Of a stretch of DNA of 41,775 bases, positions 14,846 to 23,062 are shown one piece after another (positions within the stretch are counted from its first letter, which is position 1; the number at the start of each line of letters is the position of its first letter). The notes under the pieces are model-generated. The model was not told where the DNA came from and searched no databases. It saw only the letters and a program-made list of their open reading frames with translations. Source of the stretch: Escherichia phage C130_2; the sequence record MH363708; one strand, 5' to 3'. Both the position numbers and the translations under genes were made by a program.

Positions 14846-16903
14846 ATGGCAACCGCTGACACGTTAGAAAGCACCTTCGCAGAAAGGTTGATGGAAACGA
14901 TAGAAGACCGGATCGCCCGCACGCCGATTGAAGATCTGATCCGGCAGTTTGGCGATCTGCCGCTGGATCCTTACCCCTATCAGTGGGCCGCTTATGACGC
15001 GGTGGCGCAGTGCATCCGAAAATACCCAGGGCCGGTGATCGTTGAAGCGGCAGTGAGCGCGGGCAAAACGATCATGATCTCCATGCTGGCGCGCCGCATC
15101 ATGCAGTTGCCGTGGGATGATGAAAACCCAGCGAAAAAGCACCGCGCTTGTGTGCTGTCTCGCCAGGCTGAGATCATCGATCAGGATGCGCAGGAATTGT
15201 GGAATTTTCACGTAAACAACTCCATTTTCTGCGCTGGCCTGGGCAACAAAAAATCAACCCATTATCCCATCGTGTGCGGCAGTGAAGGCACGATGGTTAA
15301 CAGTCTGTTTGACAAGCTGGCAGACTTCGCCCCGCTCTTCCTGATCATTGACGAATGCCACCACGTCAACATTGACGATCTGATCGAATCCGAAGAAAGG
15401 ATGGTGCCCGACTACCTCAAAGACGAAAACGGCGCACTTGTTCTGGAAGACGGCGAGCCTGTCCAGATTGGCGAGCACAAAGGCGAGAATTACGAGGAAA
15501 TGATCGCCGCAAAGCGCAACGCTTACACGATCATAATCAGGACTTTGCAGGAGCGGTGCCTTAAGGTTCACGGGTGCCGGTTGCGCGTGATCGGTTACAC
15601 CGGCACCCCTTACCGTGGGGTTGATTCCATCGTCAATGAGGATTACGAAACGCCAGGATTTTGGCGCAAGACGGTGATCCGCATCACGACAAATTACCTG
15701 GTAAAAGTCGGTTCAGTTGTGCCCACTTACTTTGGCGTGTCGTCGCTGGGTTATCAGTTGGATCAGTTCGCCAGCTTCACTGAGTTTGGGGCGAAGGATT
15801 TTAGCAACAACGAAATGATCGCCATGCAGCGGCAGATCCTGAAAGATAAAAAGCTGACCTGGAAGATCATGCAAGAAGTGGTGGAACTCACCAAAGAGCG
15901 CAACGGGGTTTTAGTCACCTGCGCTGGTGTGGCCCACTGCAAAGAGGCCGCAGCGGCCCTGCCGGACGGCATAAGCTATGCGATCATCACGGAAGACACC
16001 GGCCCGAAAAAGCGAATGGAGATCATCGAAGACGCGAAGGCCGGAAAGATAAAATTCATCTTCCAGGTTAACGCCCTTACAACGGGCGTGAATGTGCCCC
16101 TGTGGGATACTTCCGTTATCCTGCGCCGTATTGGGTCACTCACCCTGTTGGTGCAACTGCTGGGCCGTGGGATGCGTATTTTAAAGGATTGGATGATTGA
16201 AGCCGGATTCAAGAAGAGCGATCACCTCGTCCTGGACTATTCGGGCACTATGGCTGCAATGGGCGGGCTGTATGAGGATCCGATCCTTGAAGATTACGTG
16301 TACACCGTGGACAAGGTGAAAGAGGATTGGAAGGAATGCAAATACGGGCACAAAAACGGCAAGCACGCGCGCCGCTGCCGCCACATTCACCCCAACGGCG
16401 AGCGCTGCGATGATTTCTTTGTTTATAAGCTCTGCGAAGACGTCAAAGACCGCAGCACGGGCCGCATCTTGCAGAAGGGCTGCGGGGCCAAAAATGACAC
16501 CGTGGCGCGCCAGTGCCGCTGCTGTGGCAACCTCCTGATCGATCCAAACAAAAACCTATCCGGCGAGCATTACACGGATAAAGATTATTGCGACGTGATC
16601 AGCTTTACGCCGCAGGTTGGCAACGGTGGATCCTTCGCTATTGAGTATCAACTCATGAAGGATGGGATCCAGTTTAAGGCGTGGGAAATTCACTGGCCCA
16701 ACTCCAAAAACCCTGGGGCGAAACAGCTATGGAACCAGTTTTTAAAAGAGCATGTTTTCATGCCGGAGCACCGCGCCACGTTGAAGGCGTGCAAATCTGC
16801 CGAAGCCGTGTTGGCTAACGTATCGTTGATCCTCCCCCCAAAGCGGGTGACGCATCGTAAAATGGGAAGCGGCAAAGATAACGTTTACAAAAAGGTATTT
16901 TGA
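14846..16903 (+). CDS. SF2 DEAD/DEAH-box family helicase with C-terminal zinc-ribbon
   Basis: Walker A AAVSAGKT, Walker B / DEAH-like LIIDECHH, C-terminal Cys clusters (CRHIHPNGERC, CRCCG). Confidence 0.8.
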   Translation: MATADTLESTFAERLMETIEDRIARTPIEDLIRQFGDLPLDPYPYQWAAYDAVAQCIRKYPGPVIVEAAVSAGKTIMISMLARRIMQLPWDDENPAKKHRACVLSRQAEIIDQDAQELWNFHVNNSIFCAGLGNKKSTHYPIVCGSEGTMVNSLFDKLADFAPLFLIIDECHHVNIDDLIESEERMVPDYLKDENGALVLEDGEPVQIGEHKGENYEEMIAAKRNAYTIIIRTLQERCLKVHGCRLRVIGYTGTPYRGVDSIVNEDYETPGFWRKTVIRITTNYLVKVGSVVPTYFGVSSLGYQLDQFASFTEFGAKDFSNNEMIAMQRQILKDKKLTWKIMQEVVELTKERNGVLVTCAGVAHCKEAAAALPDGISYAIITEDTGPKKRMEIIEDAKAGKIKFIFQVNALTTGVNVPLWDTSVILRRIGSLTLLVQLLGRGMRILKDWMIEAGFKKSDHLVLDYSGTMAAMGGLYEDPILEDYVYTVDKVKEDWKECKYGHKNGKHARRCRHIHPNGERCDDFFVYKLCEDVKDRSTGRILQKGCGAKNDTVARQCRCCGNLLIDPNKNLSGEHYTDKDYCDVISFTPQVGNGGSFAIEYQLMKDGIQFKAWEIHWPNSKNPGAKQLWNQFLKEHVFMPEHRATLKACKSAEAVLANVSLILPPKRVTHRKMGSGKDNVYKKVF

Positions 16904-17370
16904 TGAACCGGAAAGAAACAGCGCATTGGATCGAATACTGGACGGAATGGGATGAATCACAATTCCTGCCGTCCGAAGATGCAGACGCGGAAACGTGCTT
17001 CCATTGGGTTACTGAGTTTTTCCCTGATCTGCTGATCTTCCACCCCGTCAACGAGTCTGGCGGGGGCCGGAATCCGCAGTATGAGCAAAAGTTAAACGCA
17101 ATGGGCCGCGTCAAAGGGATCATGGATTATATCTTGCTGGAGCCGTTCGGCCCTTACCCCCACGCGGTGATCGAACTCAAGCGCCGGAACAAGAAGAAAA
17201 GCCGATTGAAGCCGGAGCAAAAAGAGCAACTGGAGCGCGCCCGCAGGAAAGGTGCATTTTGTGCTGTTTGTTGGGGGCCGGATGCTTTCAAGGCTTGCAT
17301 TCATGAATTAATGATGCTTAAATCTGCTCATGTTCACGAAACAATGAAGGGCAAAGACAATGCAGACTGA
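16903..17370 (+). CDS. VRR-NUC domain nuclease
   Basis: TGATG overlap with the helicase stop; PD-(D/E)XK-type motif (IMDYILLEP...AVIELKR) as in VRR-NUC proteins. Confidence 0.55.
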   Translation: MNRKETAHWIEYWTEWDESQFLPSEDADAETCFHWVTEFFPDLLIFHPVNESGGGRNPQYEQKLNAMGRVKGIMDYILLEPFGPYPHAVIELKRRNKKKSRLKPEQKEQLERARRKGAFCAVCWGPDAFKACIHELMMLKSAHVHETMKGKDNAD

Positions 17371-18367
17371 AACCGCACAACCTTACTTGCAGGTGTTTGA
17401 ATCGCACGAATTGAGCAACGAGGAATATCACGCGGAAACCGATCATATTTCGGGATCCTCGCTGCATGAACTTCTGATCCGCAGCCCTGCTGGCTGGCGC
17501 TTCAAAAAGGATAAAGAGGCGAAGGAAAAGGCGAAGGAAAGCACCGGCGCGAAGCAAAAGCCGCTGACGTTCGGCACAACGGGCCATACCTGTATGCTTG
17601 AGCCTGATCGCTTCGATCTGGAATATTACCGGATGCCGGATCCCGACGATTACCCCGACGCGCTCACGTCCGTTGCTGCGGTTACAAAGTGGCTTAAGGA
17701 TAAAGGGATCGCAGGTTACTCTGGGAAGAAAATGCCGGAACTTTACCCGCTGGTTGATATGACCGGCGAAGACGTGATGATCTGGCAACGCCTGTGGGAA
17801 CATCACCAGGGGATCGCCGGTGATCGTGAGCAAGTACCGGCAAAGGATTTTGACCGCGTGTTAATGATGCGTGACGTGCTTTTGCAGAATCAGGACTTTC
17901 ACCGCATTATCACCGAAGGCACGCCGGAACTTTCCATTTTCGCTGAGATCGACGGCGTAAAAGTAAAAGTGCGTCTTGACCGCATCACCGCTGACCGTGA
18001 GATCATCGACTATAAAACCACGCAAAGCGCGGAGCCGGAAAAATTCGGGCGGCTGGCTTTTGACAATGGTTATTATTTGAAAATGGCGTTGCAGCATGAC
18101 GTATTTTCTATCGCATACGGCGCACCAAAAGCCGTGACATTATTAGCGCAGGAGAAAGAAGAGCCATTCCTTGCGGAAGCATTCGAATTGACCGAAGAGC
18201 AATTATTATTGGGCCGCATGATGTACCGCACCGCATTACAGATTTATAAGGCGTGCCGTGATGCTAATAAGTGGCCTTCTTATTCTCGCGGTCAACGTAG
18301 AATTAAACTTCCGACGCCTGGCTATATTCAAGCGCGTTACCCTGAATACTTTAAAGCGGAGAAATAA
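17360..18367 (+). CDS. Putative PD-(D/E)XK exonuclease (recombination exonuclease partner of ERF)
   Basis: 335 aa; GAAGG RBS; motif RLDRITADREIIDYKTTQ; immediately upstream of the ERF gene. Confidence 0.5.
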   Translation: MQTETAQPYLQVFESHELSNEEYHAETDHISGSSLHELLIRSPAGWRFKKDKEAKEKAKESTGAKQKPLTFGTTGHTCMLEPDRFDLEYYRMPDPDDYPDALTSVAAVTKWLKDKGIAGYSGKKMPELYPLVDMTGEDVMIWQRLWEHHQGIAGDREQVPAKDFDRVLMMRDVLLQNQDFHRIITEGTPELSIFAEIDGVKVKVRLDRITADREIIDYKTTQSAEPEKFGRLAFDNGYYLKMALQHDVFSIAYGAPKAVTLLAQEKEEPFLAEAFELTEEQLLLGRMMYRTALQIYKACRDANKWPSYSRGQRRIKLPTPGYIQARYPEYFKAEK

Positions 18368-18369
18368 AG

Positions 18370-19092
18370 ATGGAAAACATCATTCAATTTTCGGAATCAC
18401 ATCAAACATTCATGCGGGCATTTTTTGAAGCCCGTAAGAATATCGGCAAGATTACGAAAAAACGTGAGAATGACCATTTAAAATCTAAATATGCCAACCT
18501 CGCTGACTATTTCGACGCCATTGATTCTGCCATTGAAGATCAAGGCTTAATGGTTATTCAGTCGGCGGGCCGCTTCACCGAAAAAGGCGATTTGCCGATG
18601 GAAACGCGGATCGAGCACGTCGAAAGCGGGGAATTTATGGTTGCCGTGATGGAAATTCACGTTGATAAGAAGACCGCGCAGGGCGACGGATCCGCGCAGT
18701 CTTACGCGAAGCGTTACCACATCGGATCGCTGTTCGGTATCGCTACCAGTGATGATGATGGGCACGGCGCGAAGCGCAAGGCGAAGGATTACATTAAAGA
18801 GTTTGACCTGATCACTGATATTAAAGAATTGAAAGACGAGGCCCGCGCCGCTTATCGCTTGCTGACGGGTCAGGAGACGGAGCAAAACCTTATCACAACT
18901 TACGTGACCAAACGCGAAGCCGAAGCCGCCGTGGCAAATCCTGGGTTTATTCCGGCGAAACCGCCAAAACGTGAAGTGCCACGCAAGCAAAGCGATCTGG
19001 CCCAGCCGCCAGCCGGTGTGGCTGACAACTTGCAAAGCGGCGCACAACCTGCGGATAATGCGGGCGACATTAAACCAACGGAGAGTTTTTAA
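18370..19092 (+). CDS. erf: ERF-family single-strand annealing protein
   Basis: N-terminal KSKYANLADYFDAI...GL pattern typical of ERF recombinases; located next to ssb. Confidence 0.6.
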   Translation: MENIIQFSESHQTFMRAFFEARKNIGKITKKRENDHLKSKYANLADYFDAIDSAIEDQGLMVIQSAGRFTEKGDLPMETRIEHVESGEFMVAVMEIHVDKKTAQGDGSAQSYAKRYHIGSLFGIATSDDDGHGAKRKAKDYIKEFDLITDIKELKDEARAAYRLLTGQETEQNLITTYVTKREAEAAVANPGFIPAKPPKREVPRKQSDLAQPPAGVADNLQSGAQPADNAGDIKPTESF

Positions 19093-19095
19093 CAT

Positions 19096-19623
19096 ATGGC
19101 AACGCGCGGAGTTAACAAAGTAATTATCGTCGGCAACCTGGGGCAAGATCCCGAAGTGCGATATATGCCCAGCGGCGGTGCCGTAGCAAACATCACGGTT
19201 GCCACCTCGGAAAGCTGGAACGATAAGGGCACCGGCGAGAAGAAAGAGCAAACGGAATGGCACCGGATCGTTTTGTTCGGCAAGTTGGCTGAGATCGCCG
19301 GTGAATACCTCAAAAAAGGATCGCAGGTCTACATTGAGGGCAAGTTACAAACTCGCAAGTGGACTGACAAAGACGGCGTGGAGCGCTACACAACGGAAGT
19401 TGTTGTGAGCATGGGCGGCACAATGCAAATGCTCGGCGGGAAGAATGCGCCAGCCAGCCAGACTGCGTGGGGGGATCCTCAACAACCTGGCGGCAATGGG
19501 GCAAATCCTCAACGTGGGGGCCGTGGGGCGTCTAACGGCAATCAGCGCGGCAACCGTCCGGCTAATCAGTCGCAAGGCGCTAACGAGCCTCCTGTTGACT
19601 TTGATGATGATATACCGTTTTAA
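19096..19623 (+). CDS. ssb: Single-stranded DNA-binding protein
   Basis: Near-identity over the OB fold to E. coli SSB as recalled ([28 protein letters not shown]...[12 protein letters not shown]...[13 protein letters not shown]), Gly/Gln-rich linker, acidic tip DFDDDIPF. Confidence 0.95.
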   Translation: MATRGVNKVIIVGNLGQDPEVRYMPSGGAVANITVATSESWNDKGTGEKKEQTEWHRIVLFGKLAEIAGEYLKKGSQVYIEGKLQTRKWTDKDGVERYTTEVVVSMGGTMQMLGGKNAPASQTAWGDPQQPGGNGANPQRGGRGASNGNQRGNRPANQSQGANEPPVDFDDDIPF

Positions 19624-19629
19624 CTGGTC

Positions 19630-19650
19630 GGCCCCTTCGGGGGCCATTTT
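19630..19650 (+). terminator. UUCG-tetraloop hairpin with short U-run (partial terminator)
   Basis: GGCCCC-TTCG-GGGGCC followed by ATTTT. Confidence 0.45.
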
Positions 19651-19663
19651 GTAGGGCTGGCCC

Positions 19664-20098
19664 ATGAAAATTTGCACAACCTGCAAGGAATCAAAGCCGC
19701 TGACGGAATACCACGCCAACCGGCGAAGCAAAGACGGCAAATCATGCACCTGTAAGGGCTGCAAACGCGATAAAGATCGCAGCCGGTACGAATCCAACGC
19801 CGATGCAGTAAAAGCCCGTGTGCGGGCTTATCAGGCCGCAGAAGGCAAGGCCGTTGCGAATGGCTGCAAAGCTGAGTACAAAAAGCGCCACCCGAAGAAG
19901 GCGCGGGCACATCAACTGGTTAGAAATGCTCTTCGGCGCGGTGAATTAACGCGCCAGCCGTGCGAAGCGTGCGGCACGTCCAACCATGTGATCGCCCATC
20001 ATGACGATTACGATCAGCCGCTGGCGGTGCGCTGGCTGTGCGAAGATCATCACAAAGAATGGCACCGCATCAACGGAGAGGCAAAAAACCCATGTTAA
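19664..20098 (+). CDS. HNH endonuclease
   Basis: CxxC...CEACG...HHDDYDQPL...WLCEDHH arrangement typical of HNH nucleases. Confidence 0.6.
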   Translation: MKICTTCKESKPLTEYHANRRSKDGKSCTCKGCKRDKDRSRYESNADAVKARVRAYQAAEGKAVANGCKAEYKKRHPKKARAHQLVRNALRRGELTRQPCEACGTSNHVIAHHDDYDQPLAVRWLCEDHHKEWHRINGEAKNPC

Positions 20099-20478
20099 AC
20101 ACTCTGAAAGATAAAAACGTTTATTTGGCTGGCCCAATGACGGGGATCCCTGATTACAACCGCCCCGCGTTTATGGTGGCGCATTTCGCGCTGCGCCCGC
20201 ATGTGCTCGGCCTGTTGAATCCATCATTCCTGCCGGTAACGCTGCGTGATCATGCCGCCTATATGGCGATCTCCCTGCCGATGGTTGACGCGGCAGACGC
20301 GGTGGTATTCCTCCCAGGCTGGAAGGCTTCGAAAGGTTGCGCGCTGGAATTGGCCCGCGCCAATGAGCGTGGGATCCCGTGCTTCGAATACCTCAACCCC
20401 AGCAAAAAAGGCCGCTTGCCAAAACTGGTGCCTGTGGGCGATGATAGCGGGGTGAATACACGGGGGAATGAATCATGA
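20092..20478 (+). CDS. Nucleoside 2-deoxyribosyltransferase-like (DUF4406-like) protein
   Basis: ATG at 20092 overlapping the HNH stop; VYLAGPMTG...VVFLPGW...ELARA pattern of a Rossmann-like fold. Confidence 0.45.
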   Translation: MLNTLKDKNVYLAGPMTGIPDYNRPAFMVAHFALRPHVLGLLNPSFLPVTLRDHAAYMAISLPMVDAADAVVFLPGWKASKGCALELARANERGIPCFEYLNPSKKGRLPKLVPVGDDSGVNTRGNES

Positions 20479-20690
20479 AAATTGCAATCCTGATCGCTGA
20501 CGTGCGAAAGGCGAAAGGAAAGAGCCAGCGGCAGATCTCGGAAGCAACGGGGATCGCTGAGCGCCAGTTAAGCCGCTATGAAAACCAGCACGAAACGCCG
20601 TCTTTGGCAACGCTGGTTAAGGTGGCAGGGGCGCTGGGCGTCAACTTCTCTGATCTGGTTGAAGTGTCGGACATGGTTGATCCGGCTTAA
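20475..20690 (+). CDS. XRE-family helix-turn-helix transcriptional regulator
   Basis: 71 aa; QRQISEATGIAERQLSRYE HTH signature; overlapping start. Confidence 0.65.
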   Translation: MKIAILIADVRKAKGKSQRQISEATGIAERQLSRYENQHETPSLATLVKVAGALGVNFSDLVEVSDMVDPA

Positions 20691-20704
20691 TCCGGGGTGA
20701 AAAA

Positions 20705-20733
20705 ATAAGGGGCCATTGCGGCCCCTTTTTTTA
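20705..20733. terminator. Bidirectional intrinsic terminator between the plus-strand block and the tailspike gene
   Basis: A-run, GGGGCCATTGCGGCCCC, T7. Confidence 0.65.
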
Positions 20734-22983
20734 TGTTGGCGTGCGGAACGACACAACTTTTGCCGCTGCAAGCTGGGTGCCAGCCGGTGTGGCGGTCTGG
20801 ATAGCGTGAGCAATATCGATCCTGATCTCACTGGTTGGATCGTTCACGTTGACACGATAAGGCCCGCGCGTGATCCACGTAGAAAGAGGATTGCCCCCTT
20901 CACCGGCACCAGGGATCACAATTCGGCACCCTGGCGAAAGTGGCGTTTTGTAGATCCAGACCATATCACCATTATTGCCACCTAGCGGAAAGTTTGAAGC
21001 AATCGAGAAGGATCCCACGGTGGTTGCCTTGATTTTAAATTCATCAATGGCGGGAATGTACGCGCCGGAGGCGGTCACAACGAAGATCTTTCCGTCATTT
21101 CGAACAACGAGATCCCCCTCCATGAACTCACGCCCCGTGGGGAATGCGTTACCATCCCAAATGCCCGTGGCGTTCATATCAGCCGGTGACGGAATGATAT
21201 AAGTGTGATTCGATGCGGTCATTTTTGCACCGATCCCGCCGTCAATCCCCTGGCGCGGATATGGGCGCGCAAAGACGTTGGATCCTACGCTTTCGATATG
21301 CGAATAGGCGCAGCGTGACCAACCTTGATCGCCGTAGCCGTTCACGTCAGTTGCGTTAACGTTGACCATTCGCAAGATGGTGCGCCCCGTGGCAAGGTAG
21401 CCGTTTGAAGCTGTGCCGCCCGATGAATCATCACCCACGCAATCAAAGATCCGGCAATGAACATTGCTCATGTTCAATTCAGTTGCCACACCGAAAAGCG
21501 AGAATTTCGCCACGTTCACATTTTCAATGTAATACGTGTTAGTTGCCCCTGCCTTCTCGGTGCCGATACCGGCATAAAAGCGCCCTGTTTTACTGTATAC
21601 GTTGCGGATCGCCATATCGTGACAAGGGCCGCGCGCGCCAACGCCAGCATTTGTGCCCCATTCAAGCATAATAACGCGCACATCCTGGGCAAGCGTGCTG
21701 CCGGTAACTACCGGTTCACCGTAAACCCCATCAATGGAGCAACGGCGGGAGCCGTAGAAAAGCACCGTCGCAACCGTCAGGCCGGAACCGTTCGAAACGT
21801 TCTGGTTGGGGTCGCCGTGGATGTTTTCAACAACGGAATCACGAACCATTTCGAAGTGTACGATCTGACGCACTTTGTTTGCGTAAACGTTACGGATCGT
21901 AATGTTTTTGGCAAAGTTTGCGTCAGGTGTATCAATGCCATAAGGGCTTTGACCTGCAACCCCAATCCCAATACCCCAGTTTGACGGCGTGATCGGGGCT
22001 TGGCCTGTTGAGTCGATGTTATCAAGGAAAATGCCGTCAATCAGGCAACCATTATCATAATGGCGCTGTACTACGTTTAACTCGATCCCGTCGCCGCCCA
22101 TATCGTAAAACGACAAATTGCGGTAGACGCCGGACACAACCGTTGATCCCGTGCCTTGCTGGAGGATGCCGTAAAGGCCATTCCGAAACTCGGAATCGCT
22201 GACCTCAATAGTGCTTCCGTCCACTGGCACACCCTGCATCATGATTGATGCAACCTTGCTGGTTGTCGGCTTACCGTCAAACATGCAATCGCGGATCCTT
22301 ACGTCGCCGCCGTAGTGCATGATTCGCAGGTTGTTAATCACTGCACCTTCGATCAGGGTGTCAGTCAGGCGAAAATCTGCGGTGCCCTTCCAGGTTCCCC
22401 CCATGATGGTGATCCCATTCGGGTTGACCGTGCTTTCAAGCGTGCCAGACCAACCATAAGCGTTGACGATCTTCCCGTTCGCTTTGGCGTAGTCAAACAT
22501 TGCCTGAATCGCCTGTGAAACGCTGGTGTACTCTTCGCGGCCCACAAAATCAAACGGCGTCACAAAGCCTTGCAGTTTGGTTTTTAGCGTGCCTTCTGGC
22601 GTGCCCACGTATTCCCAGCCGGTAGACGATCCGATCACCTTCCACATCTGCGCCGCGTCATATTCCAGAAGGTTATCAAAGGAATATTGCAGCACGTCAT
22701 TGCGATCATAAACGTCCATGCTTGATGCGGTCTGCGTCACAAAGCGCCCAACAATCCCGTTATATTCGGGATAGCCGCTCTGGTTGATTTTGATCGGCTG
22801 CGGCACCGGCACCAGCGTTAGATCCTCATTTTCCAGGTACACTTGCACCTGATTTGCCGGATCCTTCGGGTTGGTGTCGGGCTTGCCAATATAGATATCA
22901 CCGCCGCTGATAGGCGCAAACTTGCCAACCTGAATAAACGGGCTGGACGGCATACGCACGGCAGAAAAAACAATATCGCTCAT
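20731..22983 (-). CDS. Tailspike protein (P22-like N-terminal head-binding domain, beta-helix receptor-binding domain)
   Basis: ATG at 22983 with GAGG RBS; N-terminus GDIYIGKPDTNPKDPANQVQVYLENED...PIKINQSG..YNG matches the P22 tailspike head-binding domain as recalled; rest is Gly/Asn/Val-rich, consistent with a parallel beta-helix. Confidence 0.85.
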   Translation of the reverse strand: MSDIVFSAVRMPSSPFIQVGKFAPISGGDIYIGKPDTNPKDPANQVQVYLENEDLTLVPVPQPIKINQSGYPEYNGIVGRFVTQTASSMDVYDRNDVLQYSFDNLLEYDAAQMWKVIGSSTGWEYVGTPEGTLKTKLQGFVTPFDFVGREEYTSVSQAIQAMFDYAKANGKIVNAYGWSGTLESTVNPNGITIMGGTWKGTADFRLTDTLIEGAVINNLRIMHYGGDVRIRDCMFDGKPTTSKVASIMMQGVPVDGSTIEVSDSEFRNGLYGILQQGTGSTVVSGVYRNLSFYDMGGDGIELNVVQRHYDNGCLIDGIFLDNIDSTGQAPITPSNWGIGIGVAGQSPYGIDTPDANFAKNITIRNVYANKVRQIVHFEMVRDSVVENIHGDPNQNVSNGSGLTVATVLFYGSRRCSIDGVYGEPVVTGSTLAQDVRVIMLEWGTNAGVGARGPCHDMAIRNVYSKTGRFYAGIGTEKAGATNTYYIENVNVAKFSLFGVATELNMSNVHCRIFDCVGDDSSGGTASNGYLATGRTILRMVNVNATDVNGYGDQGWSRCAYSHIESVGSNVFARPYPRQGIDGGIGAKMTASNHTYIIPSPADMNATGIWDGNAFPTGREFMEGDLVVRNDGKIFVVTASGAYIPAIDEFKIKATTVGSFSIASNFPLGGNNGDMVWIYKTPLSPGCRIVIPGAGEGGNPLSTWITRGPYRVNVNDPTSEIRIDIAHAIQTATPAGTQLAAAKVVSFRTPT

Positions 22984-23035
22984 TGTTGGTGCCTCGTTGT
23001 TGTATTCAGGCTTTAGTGTATAGACGTTCAGGAAA

Positions 23036-23057
23036 TTAAAAAAGGGGCCGAAGCCCC
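23036..23057 (-). terminator. Intrinsic terminator (UUCG hairpin plus U-run) upstream of tailspike
   Basis: Minus strand GGGGC-TTCG-GCCCC followed by TTTTTTT; the 20-mer is identical to the terminator at 31301-31320. Confidence 0.6.
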
Positions 23058-23062
23058 TTTGG

